Source: the human T2T-CHM13v2.0 reference genome, Homo sapiens. Taken from it: a stretch of DNA of 64,000 bases. Position numbers and translations under genes: made by a program. The DNA is taken from assembly GCF_009914755.1 (NCBI RefSeq), contig NC_060944.1; one strand, 5' to 3'. Below the pieces are notes generated by a model, which saw nothing but the letters and a program-made list of their open reading frames with translations, did no database searches and was not told the DNA's origin. Below, piece by piece: positions 15,381 to 29,139 of the stretch. Numbering within the stretch: position 1 is the stretch's first letter; every line of letters starts with the position of its first letter.

Positions 15381-16039
15381 GAGCAGTCAGTAAGCAAATG
15401 ATTCCCAAATTCTATGCGCTCAGGACCCCTGGGCTGTCCTCTACAAGGGCTGAACAAGCTACATTGGTGCTTTTGGTGGAGAAGTAGAAAAATGTAGGCA
15501 CTTGAGGAGGGATACCATCAGAGTGCAGAGATACTGTCCCCTGCAGCTGCAGTGGAGCTCAGAGGTGGGCTGGGGTGATGGCCCAGGCATCAACAATAGC
15601 TGCTCCAAATAGCTAGGAGACTTAGGTGTCTTAATTGCGGCATTGATTAATGGAGGTTTAAAAAATGTCCCCTTAATAATTTGGATCACAGTCTAATGCT
15701 AATCATGCAAGTTTGTGTCCTAAATTCATACAAGTGTGGTTCATAGAAGCCTCAGTTAGGGACTTTAAGTGGTTTCAGGTTGATAATGCTGCCTAGTGTG
15801 ACTAACAAGGAAGTGCAAATCCTCTCTGTCTGAATGTGGCTTCAATCCAGATTAATAGCAATTGTAAGGCTATTGATCATTCTATTCATTTCAACTTCTT
15901 CAATGTGAAGATGTAGAAAAAATGTCTTCAAAACAATGAAATACAGTAGTAACAAATAGCTATAAAAAATACAACTTCCTTCCTACATAATAAAAATGTA
16001 AAGAGCACTACTTTTTCACCCAACCCATGCAGCCATGTT

Positions 16040-16087
16040 CACACACACACACACAGACACACACACACACAGACACACACACACACA
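16040..16087. repeat. (CA)n microsatellite with GA interruptions
   Basis: Seen directly. Confidence 0.95.
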
Positions 16088-17398
16088 TGCCAACTACCAC
16101 ATAGCCTCTTTGTAATGGAGGACATTGACTGGTAAAGGAGAGCCTGCCTTCTTTCTTTCTCTCAGGTCTACAACCACGCAAATGATCAATATTCTATTGA
16201 AGTCAGCCAAATAGCAACCAGATTAAATACGACAGAACCAGGAAGCTGAAAATTGAGGGTAGCTATTCGTATAACTCTTTTATTTGCTCAAAGGAAGCCA
16301 CAGGGCAAAGGGGGAGGGGGTGTTCCTGCTTCTAGCTGCATTATTTTCAACTTTCAAATTTTTTTTTACGAGCAAAAATGTCTATGTAATTCTATAAAAA
16401 GAAAGAAATTAACTCTGCTGGGTTTTTTTCCTCTTTAAAAAGCCTGCTCTTCAGGTTTTTATTTGCAGACTGGTCTAGGCTTTTTGTTTGTTTGTTTGTT
16501 TGTTTTTAGAAAAGCATTGTGCCCTGAGATCAATAAATCAAAACTGGATTGCCTTCTTCTCAAAGGTGAATTGTTATCTTGCCGAAGAAGTTATGTGACA
16601 GACTCTCTAGTTTGGTAAAAATACATGAACAAGAAAAGGATTAAGGTGTCTTTGCCTGAAAGGAAAATTCTGGATGCTATTTTTTTCTATGATAGGGAAA
16701 GTTTCTTGAACTGTCTCCTGGAACAAGAGGTTAAATGTCAGTAGCTAAAGCAGCTGTGGGCCCATTATTTGGTGCTCGCAGAGTCCATTCTGTCATTGGA
16801 GGTGCTGTTTTCACACAGAGAATGAAGTCAGCTTGACAACTGCAGGAACAGCTGTGGCAGCCTGAGATATGAGGCAAGGAGGCAAAGCCCAAACAGAGGG
16901 CAAAGAACATCTGTTTGTTGTCAACATTCTGAAAAAAGCAAAAGATTCTTGACTATGGGAGAGACCAGGGTACCTGGAGATAACAGCAGTCAAGACAAAA
17001 GCAATTTTCAGCAGGCAGAAGTCAATCAAGCTTGAAGGAAAAGGCCAGTTAAGATGCTTAGCACCCAGGGGTTCTGGAAGAGTGCTGAGCCACCCAGAGA
17101 TGTCAGGCCTGAGTGGAGCTGGTGCTTTGATATGAATTCAGGAAGCCGCCTGGGGATGGCGGGTTGGGGGACATCATCACAGACCCAACTGCTGTGGATT
17201 GACCTCTGCCATTACTGCTGGGACCCCAGGCCCTCTGGTGCTCAAGAAAACCATAAAGCCTTGTGCTGCCTCATTTTTAGAATCTGTTCCCTGGCATTCT
17301 AAACCATGCCATAATGCATTTCTAACCACAGGGATAAGAGATCCAAAGCAACATTAATCTGGTTTTCCAGAGCAGGGCCACAGAGTGATCCCATCTTA

Positions 17399-17742
<344 letters not shown>

Positions 17743-20454
17743 TCAAACCACCAAGCTTTGATCCTGAAACATCTGAAGGGGAATGAGGTCCATGCTACAG
17801 GGCTCTGCAGATCCTGCAGGAGGGGAGAGCCTCAGTACACCACCATTTTACTGTATTCACTGCCACAGATGGTGCAGATCATAGTGATGTCCCTGGCATG
17901 TGACAGGAACTTACTGTCTTCATTGTGAATGAGTTTACTTGACTATGCCTCCCCCAAGAATCTCAGGAATATGGAAGATGTTTGAGTCCATTACTTTCAA
18001 GTGGATTACAGTTGACCAGGCAGGCCTGTGAAAGAAAGTTTAGGGCCACCTTTCAAATTCCAGCCCCATTTCACCTGCCTCTGCAAGGCTCTCTCACCAC
18101 TGTCACTAGTGATGGGGTGGAAATATCCCAGAAGTAGAGTTAGGAGAACATTTGGTCCCAACCTCATTGCTGGGTGGCCTGGAGAAGTCATGCCACTTCT
18201 CTGGGGTCCTCTGTTCACATCTCTAAGGGGTTTAATTGGACTGGGAGACAGTCAAGGAGTTTTTTTTATTTTTTGAGGAAAGTGGCCCTTTTTCAGACAA
18301 CAAAAGACAACACTTGTTCATAAGCCTAAAAAGTGGAATAAAGCCCCTACGAGGAGGGTTTCGGCAAAGGTAACATCAACATCTCACAGGTAGCTTTGAC
18401 TTCTCCTTAGCCAAAGTCATCTGGCTGAGTTTAGTAGCACTTTTGGTTGCATGTTTAGTTAATGTGACCTAGACACTCTTTCAGGTGTGTGTATGTGTTT
18501 GCTCTGGGAGTAATTAACTCTCAGAAGGCATAAAAATGTTTAAACCCAACAAAGATCAAAGATTAAGGCCCAAGTATGTGTGATATTGCTTTGTGAAAAT
18601 AAGCTGCCTAGAAAATGGGCTTTCACTTAATGCAGATGTGTTTGGAAACTTCTCCTAGTAGGAAAAAAATTCTATCATTTTTCTCTGAAGCTGAAAGAAT
18701 TGGTGTTGAGAGACTGAGACCGGAAATGGAATTAGCTTAGCAGAACCGCATGCATTTACTTCCAGTTCAGAGCCCTCAGACAGCCTTCCTCTAATGCTTC
18801 TGTAAACCAGCCGATTATTTCTTGGATGCAGCGTACATTTCTAGTCCTTTGGTCATGGACAAAGGTGATGCACTAGATTTTATTAAATATTCAGAACAAA
18901 TTGTGCTATTTAGGAAAATGTGACCTACAAACAGGACAAGATATAGTGCAAATAATTAAAGACATCTATAATTAAGAATGTATAGGATTAAGTTATTCTT
19001 TGACTGAAGAGCTAGATACATAATCATGCAGGATTTCAACCCTCGCCATCAGAGATGCTTCTTCTGTGGGCCTTAAGTGTATGATGAAGTTTCAAAGAAT
19101 TCAGCCTTGGTTATTTTCAGCACTAAGTTCCTTCCTTGTGAGATTTCACATAAAGAACCATTGAAAAGACAGAAGTTGCCCCCACTGTGGCTCCTTACAT
19201 AGTTAAAACCCTATTAGAGTAAAAGAATCAAGAAACTCCTCTGGAAAAAGTACATATCTCTGTGTTCACTAGGACCCTGCTGTGTACAGATTTAGCTGGT
19301 TTCTGCAGAGAAACAAAAGCCACAAAAGGTGCATGATGGGGTGGAGGGGAGTGTTAGAGACACCCAATTTGCATTATTCCTGCTGGAAAGACCCTGATCT
19401 GAGATCAGCTCTGGCAGCCCCCAGCTGAGAAGGGCCTCCTTATAGTCTTCATTTCATTCCAGCCAAGCCCTGGAGGGGTGGAGAATGCATAATGAGGCTG
19501 AATGAGAATTAGATGCTTAATTGAGGCCTGGAAAAGGGAAAGAAAAAGCCAGACATGTGGAATGTGATCAGAATGCAGCTCAGTTAAGCCAAATGTGATG
19601 ACACCTGGGAAGGCTTCAGTGGTTGGGACCACTATACAGAGAAGCTGGAACTCCTTTGAAACTGACTCATCCATCTAGTTCCAACTCAAATGTTATTTTC
19701 TTGTCCTCAAAGATTTTTCTTCATCCTCACAAAAGGTGGCTCACTCTCTCCTTTGTGCATCCACCATGCTTGGTTCATATGACAGTGCTTGCCATTTGGC
19801 CTCGTGGGTGGGGGATGACTTTCTCTCTGCGTTGGCTGGCTTGTGAACTCCATGAGGGCAGAGGTGTGCCTCATTCATTTTGTATCCCAGAACATAATAG
19901 GCATTGAAGTACCTGGTGGACATTTTTTTTTTTTTTGCTCTTCTTCCTAAATACTGAGTTCTCTGTAGAGTAGTTATTCTGACGATGACTGATGAAGCAT
20001 TTCCAAACCATTCTCAAAGAGGCATATGGAGGCATATTATCTGGCCAAACATAAAAGTATTTCTATATATCAGGATCTCGTGCTCACCCTCAGCTATCAT
20101 CACTGCCTTTCATCACTTGGTAAAGACAGTTTCTGATTTTGATTAGGGTAGAGTATTCCCAACTAATACATGAAAATTTCTGTTGCCATGGAAAGGGTCT
20201 TTTGTAAAAACAGGCACAGGCACATTTTCCACAAGTATGTTCCTGTCAGTGTAATCATTCACTATTTGACTTTGGAGAGGGGGCCAAATGTGTGTGTCTA
20301 CAGTGTTTGTCCAAGTGACGAAGAGAGGTTCAGTGGTCAAGTAGCAGCTTTAGGATGGAGGCTATTTGGAAAAAACAGACTAGGTGAGTAACAGATGGCA
20401 TACAATCAATTGTATCTTTGTCCTAAAGAAGCATGGACTAAGTGTAAATCAAGT

Positions 20455-20822
20455 GTATCCATCTGCTCGGCTGCCATAACAAAATACCTTAGGCTGGGGC
20501 GCTTAAACAACAGAAATGTATTTCTCCCAGTTCTGGAGGCTGGAAGTCCAAGATCGAGGTGCTGCTAATTTGGTTTCTGGTGAAAATTTGCTTCCTGTTT
20601 CATAGACAGCCGTCTTCTCACCGTGTCCTCGCATGGCAGAGCAGAGAGAGATTTCTCTCTTCTTCTTTGCATAAGGCCACAGTCCTATCAGATTAAGGTC
20701 CCACCCTCATGACCTCATTTAACCTTGGTTGTCTCCAAAAGGCCCTATTTATAAATACAGTAACTTGCAGGTTGGGGCTACAACCTTTGAATTTTGGGAG
20801 GACACAAATACTAATCCATCAT
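20455..20822 (-). mobile_element. MLT1A/B-type MaLR solo LTR
   Basis: ctgccataacaaaatac...cttaaacaacagaaatgtatttctcccagttctggaggctggaagtccaagatc...atgacctcatttaacc. Confidence 0.85.
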
Positions 20823-21680
20823 ATCAAGTCTGATCAGAACCATCATTTGAAAAATATTCTTGAAACCAGCTGCTGGCAAAGGCCAGGTGCATGTGACACC
20901 CACAACGAATACCTAGAAGAATCAAGAGCCTCTGAACACCTGATCTTGGGTGAAAGAAGGTGGTGTGTAGTCACATTTTAAAACCTTACTCTCCTCCAAA
21001 CTTAACAATATGAAGGAAGAGAAGTAAAACAGGCAAGCAAGTATCATCAACAAAAACAGTAATTAAACGAAAGAAAGGGTGGGTAGCCAGCAAAAGGAAG
21101 GCACCTTTCTGGAAATGTGCGGAAGGAACGAGCCTGGTGTTGCCCTACCCCATCCCTAACTCTACAGGCTCAGAAATCATCCTGAATAAGATCACACCAG
21201 CTACCATTTACCTCCCTAACTAGGAGAGAAAAGGCCAAGGAAATTTCCACAAGAGCATGAAGTCAGCCATGAACACCTTTTACTCAGTCTTTCCCCAGAG
21301 AAACAAGAATAACCTTTGTAATCCTCCATGTCAATACCTCTGAAGGAAAACGGGAAAGAAAAAGCAGACCAATAACAAATGACTAGAACTAATTATCTCT
21401 AGCAAAATCCCGGGAATTTCACAAAATAGAAAATTTAAGAGGACATACATAAGGCAAGGTCTCTGGCGTGAACAAGAACCAGGGAAGGAGGTGCTAGCAG
21501 GCCCCAGGTGATGCTTCCTTGAAGAAGGAGCCACCTTCGCTCTCTGACAAGGCTGCAGAGGGTTTATCACCTGCTAGGGTGGAAGTCTAAGAAAGAAAAC
21601 AGCAAAAGGGAACAGAGGAACTTTCAGACTGACTCTTTCTCCTGGAAAGTTCTGAGTCTCATGTTGAATTGAAGGAATTA

Positions 21681-21753
21681 TCCAAGCCCCAAAGATAGTG
21701 CCCACTATGGGAAGTCCAAGCCCCAAAGATATCCCCCACTATGGAAGTCCAAG
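21681..21753. repeat. ~34-bp tandem duplication
   Basis: Two copies of a unit starting tccaagccccaaagata and ending cccactatg(g)gaag, plus a partial third start (tccaag). Confidence 0.9.
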
Positions 21754-22099
21754 ATGGCAACTGTGCAGACAAATTTGGGGGGAACCTGGGCTGGGCGTGG
21801 GATATGCTATATACTTGCTGAGAAATCCAACACAATGAATGTGGCTGCTTTACCCCTCCCAAGGAAAACCTCCAAATGAAAGGCTTCTAGGCAGCTGCTG
21901 GAGGACCAAGGAGCCACAGAGCAGTATAGAAAGGGAGCAGCTTGCTGACATGCATGTGGCATACACATCACCCTGCAAGCACACTGAAACCTTGACTGAG
22001 AAAGAGAGGGAAGGAAGGAAGAGAGCAAGTGAGCATGCAACCCAGTAAAGGGCAGGTGAAGAACGTACTGTGGAAGAAAACATAACCCAAGAGAAAGAT

Positions 22100-23600
22100 C
22101 CAAATTCCCTGCAATGACCACAGATGAACTTTGAAAAAATGTTAACAAGCTTGAAGATGCAGTGATAAAAATAACATAACTGATCTGAAATGTAAGAACT
22201 AAGGAGATAAATGTTCCACTCTTAGAGAAATAAATCAGTTAAGAACAGCAAAGACCAAATTACTGACAAAGAAAAAAGGTTGAGATTTTCACAGTGAAAA
22301 TATAATACATATGGAAGAGAAAACACAAAAATTGCTCTATGTGAGAATGATAGGTGTCGCTGAAATTTAGAAGTCAATGTATAGAACAGAAAATGTCTTA
22401 AAACAAAGGGAAGCTGAATTGATGATCTAATGGTCAAACCATGTTTAAAAAAATCAATACAGAAATCTCGTCCTGAAACACATCTTTGATAAGTTTAACG
22501 ATTTTTAATAAAGAATTTTATGGTTATACTGGCACATGACATGTCACTTAAAAATACCTAAAACTTTTAGAAGAATACATAGTTAAATTTATTTAATGTA
22601 TCTTAAAGAAAATAAAAAGATGACAATCCAGGAGAAAATATTCACAATGTATTAGACAGGGAAGGGTTAATTTTCTTAGTTTAGAATATACAAAAATCAT
22701 GGAAAAAAAACAATCAAATAGGAAATTGGTAAAATATAAAAACAGATGACAAAAGACAGGGAGGAGGAAGAAAAGAAGGGAGGTAGAAAGGGTAATTTCA
22801 CTCGTAATGTAAATCAAAACAATGAGGACATACTATTTTCTTCCCTGAAAAGTTTGAGTATACTCACTGCTGGAGATTGCGGAGAAATCATTATCGTTAT
22901 CATTATCATGCTCTAAGTGATCTGATTGATCTGACCTTTTTGGAAGGAAATTTTGTAACATCTATGAAGATTAACAGTTCACATACACTAGATCTAGAAA
23001 TTCACTCGGAATTCATCCTTGGGAAATATTTACAAAATCTTTCCAAAATATAAGTGCAAGAACATTCACTGAAGCTGTTTGTAAAAGCAACAGTGTAGAA
23101 ACACATCAGAAGTCCACTGATGTGGGCCTGGATAAAGAAATTATGATATATCTATATTTATGCAATGAGATATTAACACAGATTACAATGGCATGCTCAT
23201 CGATATATAGTAAATGCATATATTGAATAGGCACTAAAATCAATGCACATATTAAAATGCAATACTAATCAATGCACATTTGCTAGTACCTGCTAATAAA
23301 GTATGTACGTATTATAAATACATATATTTATGTAGAAAATAAAAAGGCCAGACTGCAGAGAATAGAAAGTATCATCTATATTTTAAGTAAATGAAAACTG
23401 AGATGAGAGAGGGTATGAAGTAGGGCAAGAGTGGGAAAAGAGCAAAGAGAGAGAATGAAAGAGATGGGAATTGTGTGCATTATTTTTTTCTGGGAAGGTA
23501 ATAGGAACATTTTAACATGGAAAGAGTTGTTCAGGGTCATTTTTCATTAGCATTTTTCTGAGCAGTTTGAAAGTGTTAATTATGTGTAAGTGTCCTTTCT
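22100..23600 (+). mobile_element. Degraded old L1 (L1ME-like) fragments
   Basis: ggagaaaatattcacaatg, ctttttggaaggaaattttg, aacattcactgaagc..tttgtaaaagcaa motifs. Confidence 0.5.
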
Positions 23601-23694
23601 GTTGTTTTTTAATGTCACTACAGTTATTTAAGGGTTAGGTTTATTGAACTTTATCTTTATTTCTATTTAGAAATAAACGCATGCTATTTTAAAA

Positions 23695-23953
23695 AGTTAG
23701 CATATAGTATGTTTTCACCTGTAAGTGGGAGCTAAGCAATGAGCACACATGGAATAAATATGGGAACAATATACAATGTGGACCCTTGGAGGGTGGAGGG
23801 AGTGGAGTGGGTGAAGAAACTACCAATCGGGTGCTATGCTTACCACCAGGGTGACAGGATCCGTACTCCAAACTTCAGCGTCATGCAATATTCCCAAGTA
23901 ACAAATCTGCACATGTACCCCTGTATCTAAAATGAAACTTGACATTAAAAAAT
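23695..23953 (+). mobile_element. L1 3' end (L1PB4/L1PA16-17-like)
   Basis: taagtgggagctaagc...atgcaatattcccaagtaacaaatctgcacatgtacccc. Confidence 0.85.
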
Positions 23954-24044
23954 TATATATTAATATCTCATTAAATTGTAGTTTGTTTTGGTTAATTAAA
24001 TCTTCATAAAACATGAAAGTGTCCATAATAATAAGTCTTAAATT

Positions 24045-24430
24045 CAAGGAAGAAAGGAAGAAAGAGGGGAGGGAAGGAGAAAGAAGGGAGGCAGGGAAGG
24101 AGAGAAGGAGAAACTAGGATGCAGGAAGGAAGGTAGAGGAAGGAGGGAAGGAGGGACAAAAAGAAGGAAGAAAAGAGGGAGGGAAGAAAGCAAAGGAAAG
24201 AGGGATGGATGAGAAGAGGGAAGGAGGGAAAAAATTAGGATACAGGAAGAAAGGTGGAGGAAGAAGGAGAGAAGAAGGGAAGAAAGGGAGGAGGGAAGGA
24301 AGGAAGGAAGAGAGGAAGGAAGGGCAGGAAGGGAGGGAGGGAGGGAAGGGGAGGAAAAAAGAGAGAAGGAAGGAAGAAACAAAAGGAAAATGAGGAAAAG
24401 GTAAGAGGAAGGACAGGAGAGGAGGGGAAG
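24045..24430. repeat. GA-rich polypurine low-complexity tract
   Basis: ~385 bp of (GGAA/GGGA)n-like sequence. Confidence 0.9.
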
Positions 24431-26146
24431 ACTCTGGACACCCTATCTACTAAGAGGTAAAAACTGAAAATGCCTCTGAAGAGCAGCACAATGGGTTAAA
24501 AGCCTTTGACTTATTTTGCGTGACTGTGACTAAAGAATTTAAACATTACTTTTGACTAAAAACAATTATTCTTGGCACTTGTTAATTAAAACAGCCCATT
24601 TCCAACTAAAAACTTAAAGACTGAGAGTAAAATAGCTACATGTTAATAAAGTTTTTATATGGAATCTGACTTTTAAATAAAGACTGGACCAATTTACCTA
24701 TAGTAAATTGAAAAGAATAAATCTTGTTCCAAAGTCAGAAAGAGAGACTGTGTGACATTTTATTTTTGATACTTATTTGTTCTTCATGTAGATGTAGAAT
24801 GCAAGAAAGCTAATTATGGACAAGGAGAAGGAATAAAAGAAAAATACAATGCCGAAAAGCAACAGTGCTTTCTCCTCTGAGATTTAATCTAGCTACATCA
24901 GAGCTCTAATTCATTTAACTTTTTAAATTAAGCTTCATACATAGTAGGTATGCAGCACAATATGCTGGCTGTATAATAGAATAATGAATGAATGATACCC
25001 CAGAGGAGGGATATGTGGTAAATTATTGAATGATATGAAGAGGTGATTCAGCTAGGTTTGTGTTCTTAAGGGTCAGTGATAAAGAGATACCCAGAAGTAG
25101 CCAATAAATATTAATCAGGCATTTATGATAGTCAGTCATTATGTCTTTCAATCCTCCAGTTTTATGAGAGAGTTATCATTAACTCCCTCTACAAGTGACA
25201 AAACCAAGACTCTGGAAGTGAGCAGAACTTGCCCCCAAATCACATAAATAGAAATGCCAGGACTTGGATTTGAAATCAGCTCTGCCTAAGTCTAGTGAGT
25301 TAAACTTCATCCCCTTTCACTAATAGTGACACCTCTGAGAAAGATAGCCAGAAGTAAGCAGACTTGAGGTTCAGAACCTATCACAGTAGGGGGTGGGGTG
25401 GGGGAGAAAGAGAAAGGGAGAGACACAGAGAGAGAAAAAATCAAAGGCATACTCAATGAGAGAAGGAATTTCTAGAAGTTGGAGTTGTGGTTTGTTGAAT
25501 GGCATTTGTTGTAGGGAAAGTGGGGTAAATTGCTACCTGTTTTATTTTGACTCCTTTCACACTGGATGAATTTTAAGAGCAAGTGTTTACCCCTTGCACC
25601 CCTATGGATTTTCACAAAATACCTGAATATGAAACCTGGACATTACTACAGCTATGTGAATGAATAAATCCATGCCATTATCAAGGACTGGAATGCTTTT
25701 TTAGAAGTTAAATTTATTTAGTTTATGGCTGTTGGAACCACATGATGATTATTTTAGATAATGCTGTTGACTTCATTATAAGGAGCAGTTTGTGGGAAAG
25801 CATCATTACGGTATAGTGTACCGTGGACTCAGCTTCTCTTCAAGCTGGTGTTGATATTGACGCTGTGTTATTCCTCATTAAATTGGTCTTTGATCTCCTT
25901 TCACTTAGTTGCACATGCATTCTAGACCTAGACAGTGAACTGGGAAGTCTAGGGGAAAATGAAATCTAATTGAGCTCATCTTTTCCAACAATCATTAGCT
26001 TAAAAAGAACATAAATTCGTGTCTGTGCATATGGAATAATAGCCTTCTTCCATCCGAGCTTGGGAGTTAAATGTACGTGCAGATGCCCTAAACTCCAAGA
26101 CCAGTTTTCTTCCATTTTAGAACCATACCACAGTGAGCACAGTTTA

Positions 26147-26849
26147 TTTTTTGTTTGTTTGTTTTTGGTATTATATTCAGTTTTAACACTTTATTATTAT
26201 TATTTTATTTTTCCATAAGTTATTGGGGTACAGGTGATATTTGGTTACATGAGTAAGTTCTTTAGTGGTGATTTGTGAGATCCTGGTGCACCCATCACCT
26301 GAGCAGTATATACTGCACCATATATGTTGTCCTTTATCTCTTGCCCTCTCATACTCTTCCCCCTAAGTCCCCAAAGTCCATTGCATCATTCTTATGCCTT
26401 TGCATCCTCATAGCTTAGCTCCCACATATCAGTGAGAACATACGATCTTTGGTTCTCCATTCCTGAGTTACTTCACTTAGAATCATAGTCTCCAATCTCA
26501 TCCATGTCATTGTAAATGCTGTTAATTTATTCCTTTTAATGGCTGAGTAGTATTCTATCATATAACTAATATATAAAATATAATATAAAATATAAAATAT
26601 TATATATAAAATATAATATAAAATATTATATATTATATATAAAATATAATATAAAATATTATATATTATATATATACCAGAGTTTCTTTATCCACTCATT
26701 GACTGATGAGCCTTTGGGTTGGTTCCACGATTTTGCAGTTGTGAATTGTGCTGCTATAAACATGCATGTGCAAGTATCTTTTTCAAATGTAGAACTCCCA
26801 GTTAATCCAGCAATCCCACTACTGAGTATCTACCCAGAGGAAAAGAAGT
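26147..26849 (-). mobile_element. L1PB1-like 5'-truncated L1 with 5' inversion and internal AT-rich repeat
   Basis: ccataagttattggggtacagg 3' end; inverted segment 26790-26849; TSD agtgagca(c/g)agttta. Confidence 0.9.
26560..26677. repeat. AT-only minisatellite-like expansion inside the L1
   Basis: Repeated tatataaaatataatataaaatat units. Confidence 0.9.
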
Positions 26850-27087
26850 GAGCAGAGTTTAGCCTGTTAAGGGACTTCTCCTTTGTATACATTAATTCAG
26901 TGTTTCTCAAAGTTATGTACACTCACCATTTGTAGTTTGATAGATGATTTTAGGTGATGTAAAGATTAACACATTATGGCATGTTAAAAAATTAGCCACA
27001 AATGAAGCTCAAGATTTCATAGCTATAATTTCTATGGGACAAAATTAAGAAAAATTTAGAACTGAATCGATTAGAAGTGTATTATTA

Positions 27088-27495
27088 TGTGTGTTAGTTA
27101 GCTATCACCACAGTAATGTAATGCTTCATCTCAAACCATCTTCAACCTCAGGGGATTTAGAACAGTTGTCTGTTCTTTTGCTCATGGATATTAGGATCAA
27201 CTGCAACTAGTCTGGGCCAGGAAGTGTATCCATCTGTGAGCTGAGTCCTGGTCTCATCCTCCTCGGATGAGCTACCCCTAAAGCATGTTGTCCTTGCGGT
27301 AAAAGGTAGGAGAAGGAAAGCCCCAACTGTCAAATGCATTTCAAGTCTCTCCTTGACACACTTCTGCTAACATCCCATTGGCCAAAGCAAATTTTGTAAT
27401 TAAGCCCAGCATCAAGAGAGAGTGAAGTAGATTCCCATGAGGGTGGCAGGTAGGAAGGAAACATTTCTGAACGCATTATCTAATCCAATTACATT
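27088..27495 (-). mobile_element. MLT1J/K-type MaLR LTR
   Basis: tgtgttagttagcta...tgctaacatcccattggccaaagcaa. Confidence 0.7.
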
Positions 27496-29139
27496 AATAG
27501 TGAAGTTGGAACATAGGTATGGCAAAAGTTGTCAAGGTGGTTCAAGAAGGTTTGCTTTCGGTTGATACCACTTTAATTCAATACAATTGAATCCAGACAG
27601 GCCCTGAGCTCTGTACCTATCATGTCACCTATGCAACTACAGATTCTGCCAAATAATTACTTGTAATTCTATTTGTTGTGTGAAGTTTACTGTCAATACA
27701 CATCTCAAAAGAAAAGCTTGGAGGACTCCTCCCCCGGCCAGCATCTCTCACGTTTATATATTTAAAAGTCTAATTAACTACATTCTGTGTGCATCTCAGT
27801 ATCTTTTCTTCTATGATGACATCTGCCTCATTTATTACTTTTTATGTAACTCCACTAACCTAGAAAAAATTGCTATAATCAAGGGTTTGAGCAGTACAGT
27901 TGCAGTTGTTGATAGAAAATGAAAATAGTACTGAATGTCCCAGACTTTTTCTATTTCTGCATCTTTTATCCCCTGCTAGGAGCTCTGGAATGTACCTCTT
28001 GTTTGTGTTTCAACCAGCAGCAATCCAAATGGAAGGAGGGACAGGCAAACTGTAATAAATAGGCCACAGAGGCCATTTTTGTTTTTATCAGATTATGTTG
28101 TCTATGTGAAATGGATTCATTTCTGTAGGGCATCCAGTTGCACTGCCCAGCGATGTAGAAGCTATTAGGATAGTACCAGTTCCACATGCATGACACAGTA
28201 AGAAATATCTGTCATTCCTCTCCCACTTTCCAAACAAACAACTCACACACACATGCACGCACGCACATGCAAATTCACATAAACATACCATTGCACACAT
28301 ATGCATCATATTCACAGTGCATGTCCACACATACAGGAAAACCTCATGTGCACTCATGATATTAAATTAATGAACAATCTCTACCAAACATGATATTGGA
28401 GTCTTGGAAAGCAGATCTAACAGACTATACTTCCCTCTGCTCCAGGAATATAGTGGTATACAGAGCTACAACTTTGATTTCTGTTTTTTTCTCTCTGTTT
28501 CATGGATTTCAAATCTGCCATTGAATCTCATACTAATCTATGCCAATACTGTGGCACAACCTGAGATTTCTCACACATTCCATTGTGAAGTGAGGTTAGA
28601 AGGACAAGCATAGGGCTAGAAATTTAAATGTTTACTGTTTTCTGATTTGCTATTTGCATTTTGCTTTCTTCAACTTTTTCCTCTCTCTCACCTAACTTTT
28701 GAAAGTGTTTTGTACCCTCCCTTATTTCACTAAGCATTGTTTAATAGACTAGAATTATGCCTATTAGATAGAAAGTTCTCTGTGATACCAGAGGGGTTTC
28801 CCCATAGTAATGTAACCAGGGTTATTACCATTGAGAGTAACAACTTAGAAAGATATTTCCTGAAAGAATCAGCTACAGGTACCTCTAGATCCCATCAGAA
28901 ACAAGGACCCTAAGAAAATAGACAAGAAAGTAATGCTTAGATAGAGCTTATCAATTAATTTTTCCACAGTAATCATTTCATATAAATAATAATAATATTA
29001 TATTTTAAATAGGTCTGATGATGTCCCAGAGAGTTAAGATGAGTCAGAATATTTTATAATCATTTTACTAGTGAAAAAGCCAAGGCTTTTAAGTGCTATG
29101 AGATTTGGTCAAAGTTATTGAAAAAATTAAATGACCAGC

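Noticed and set aside
24044-24489. Low-complexity K/E/R/G- and P/S/L/F-rich ORFs
   Set aside because: Artefacts of the GA-rich tract.
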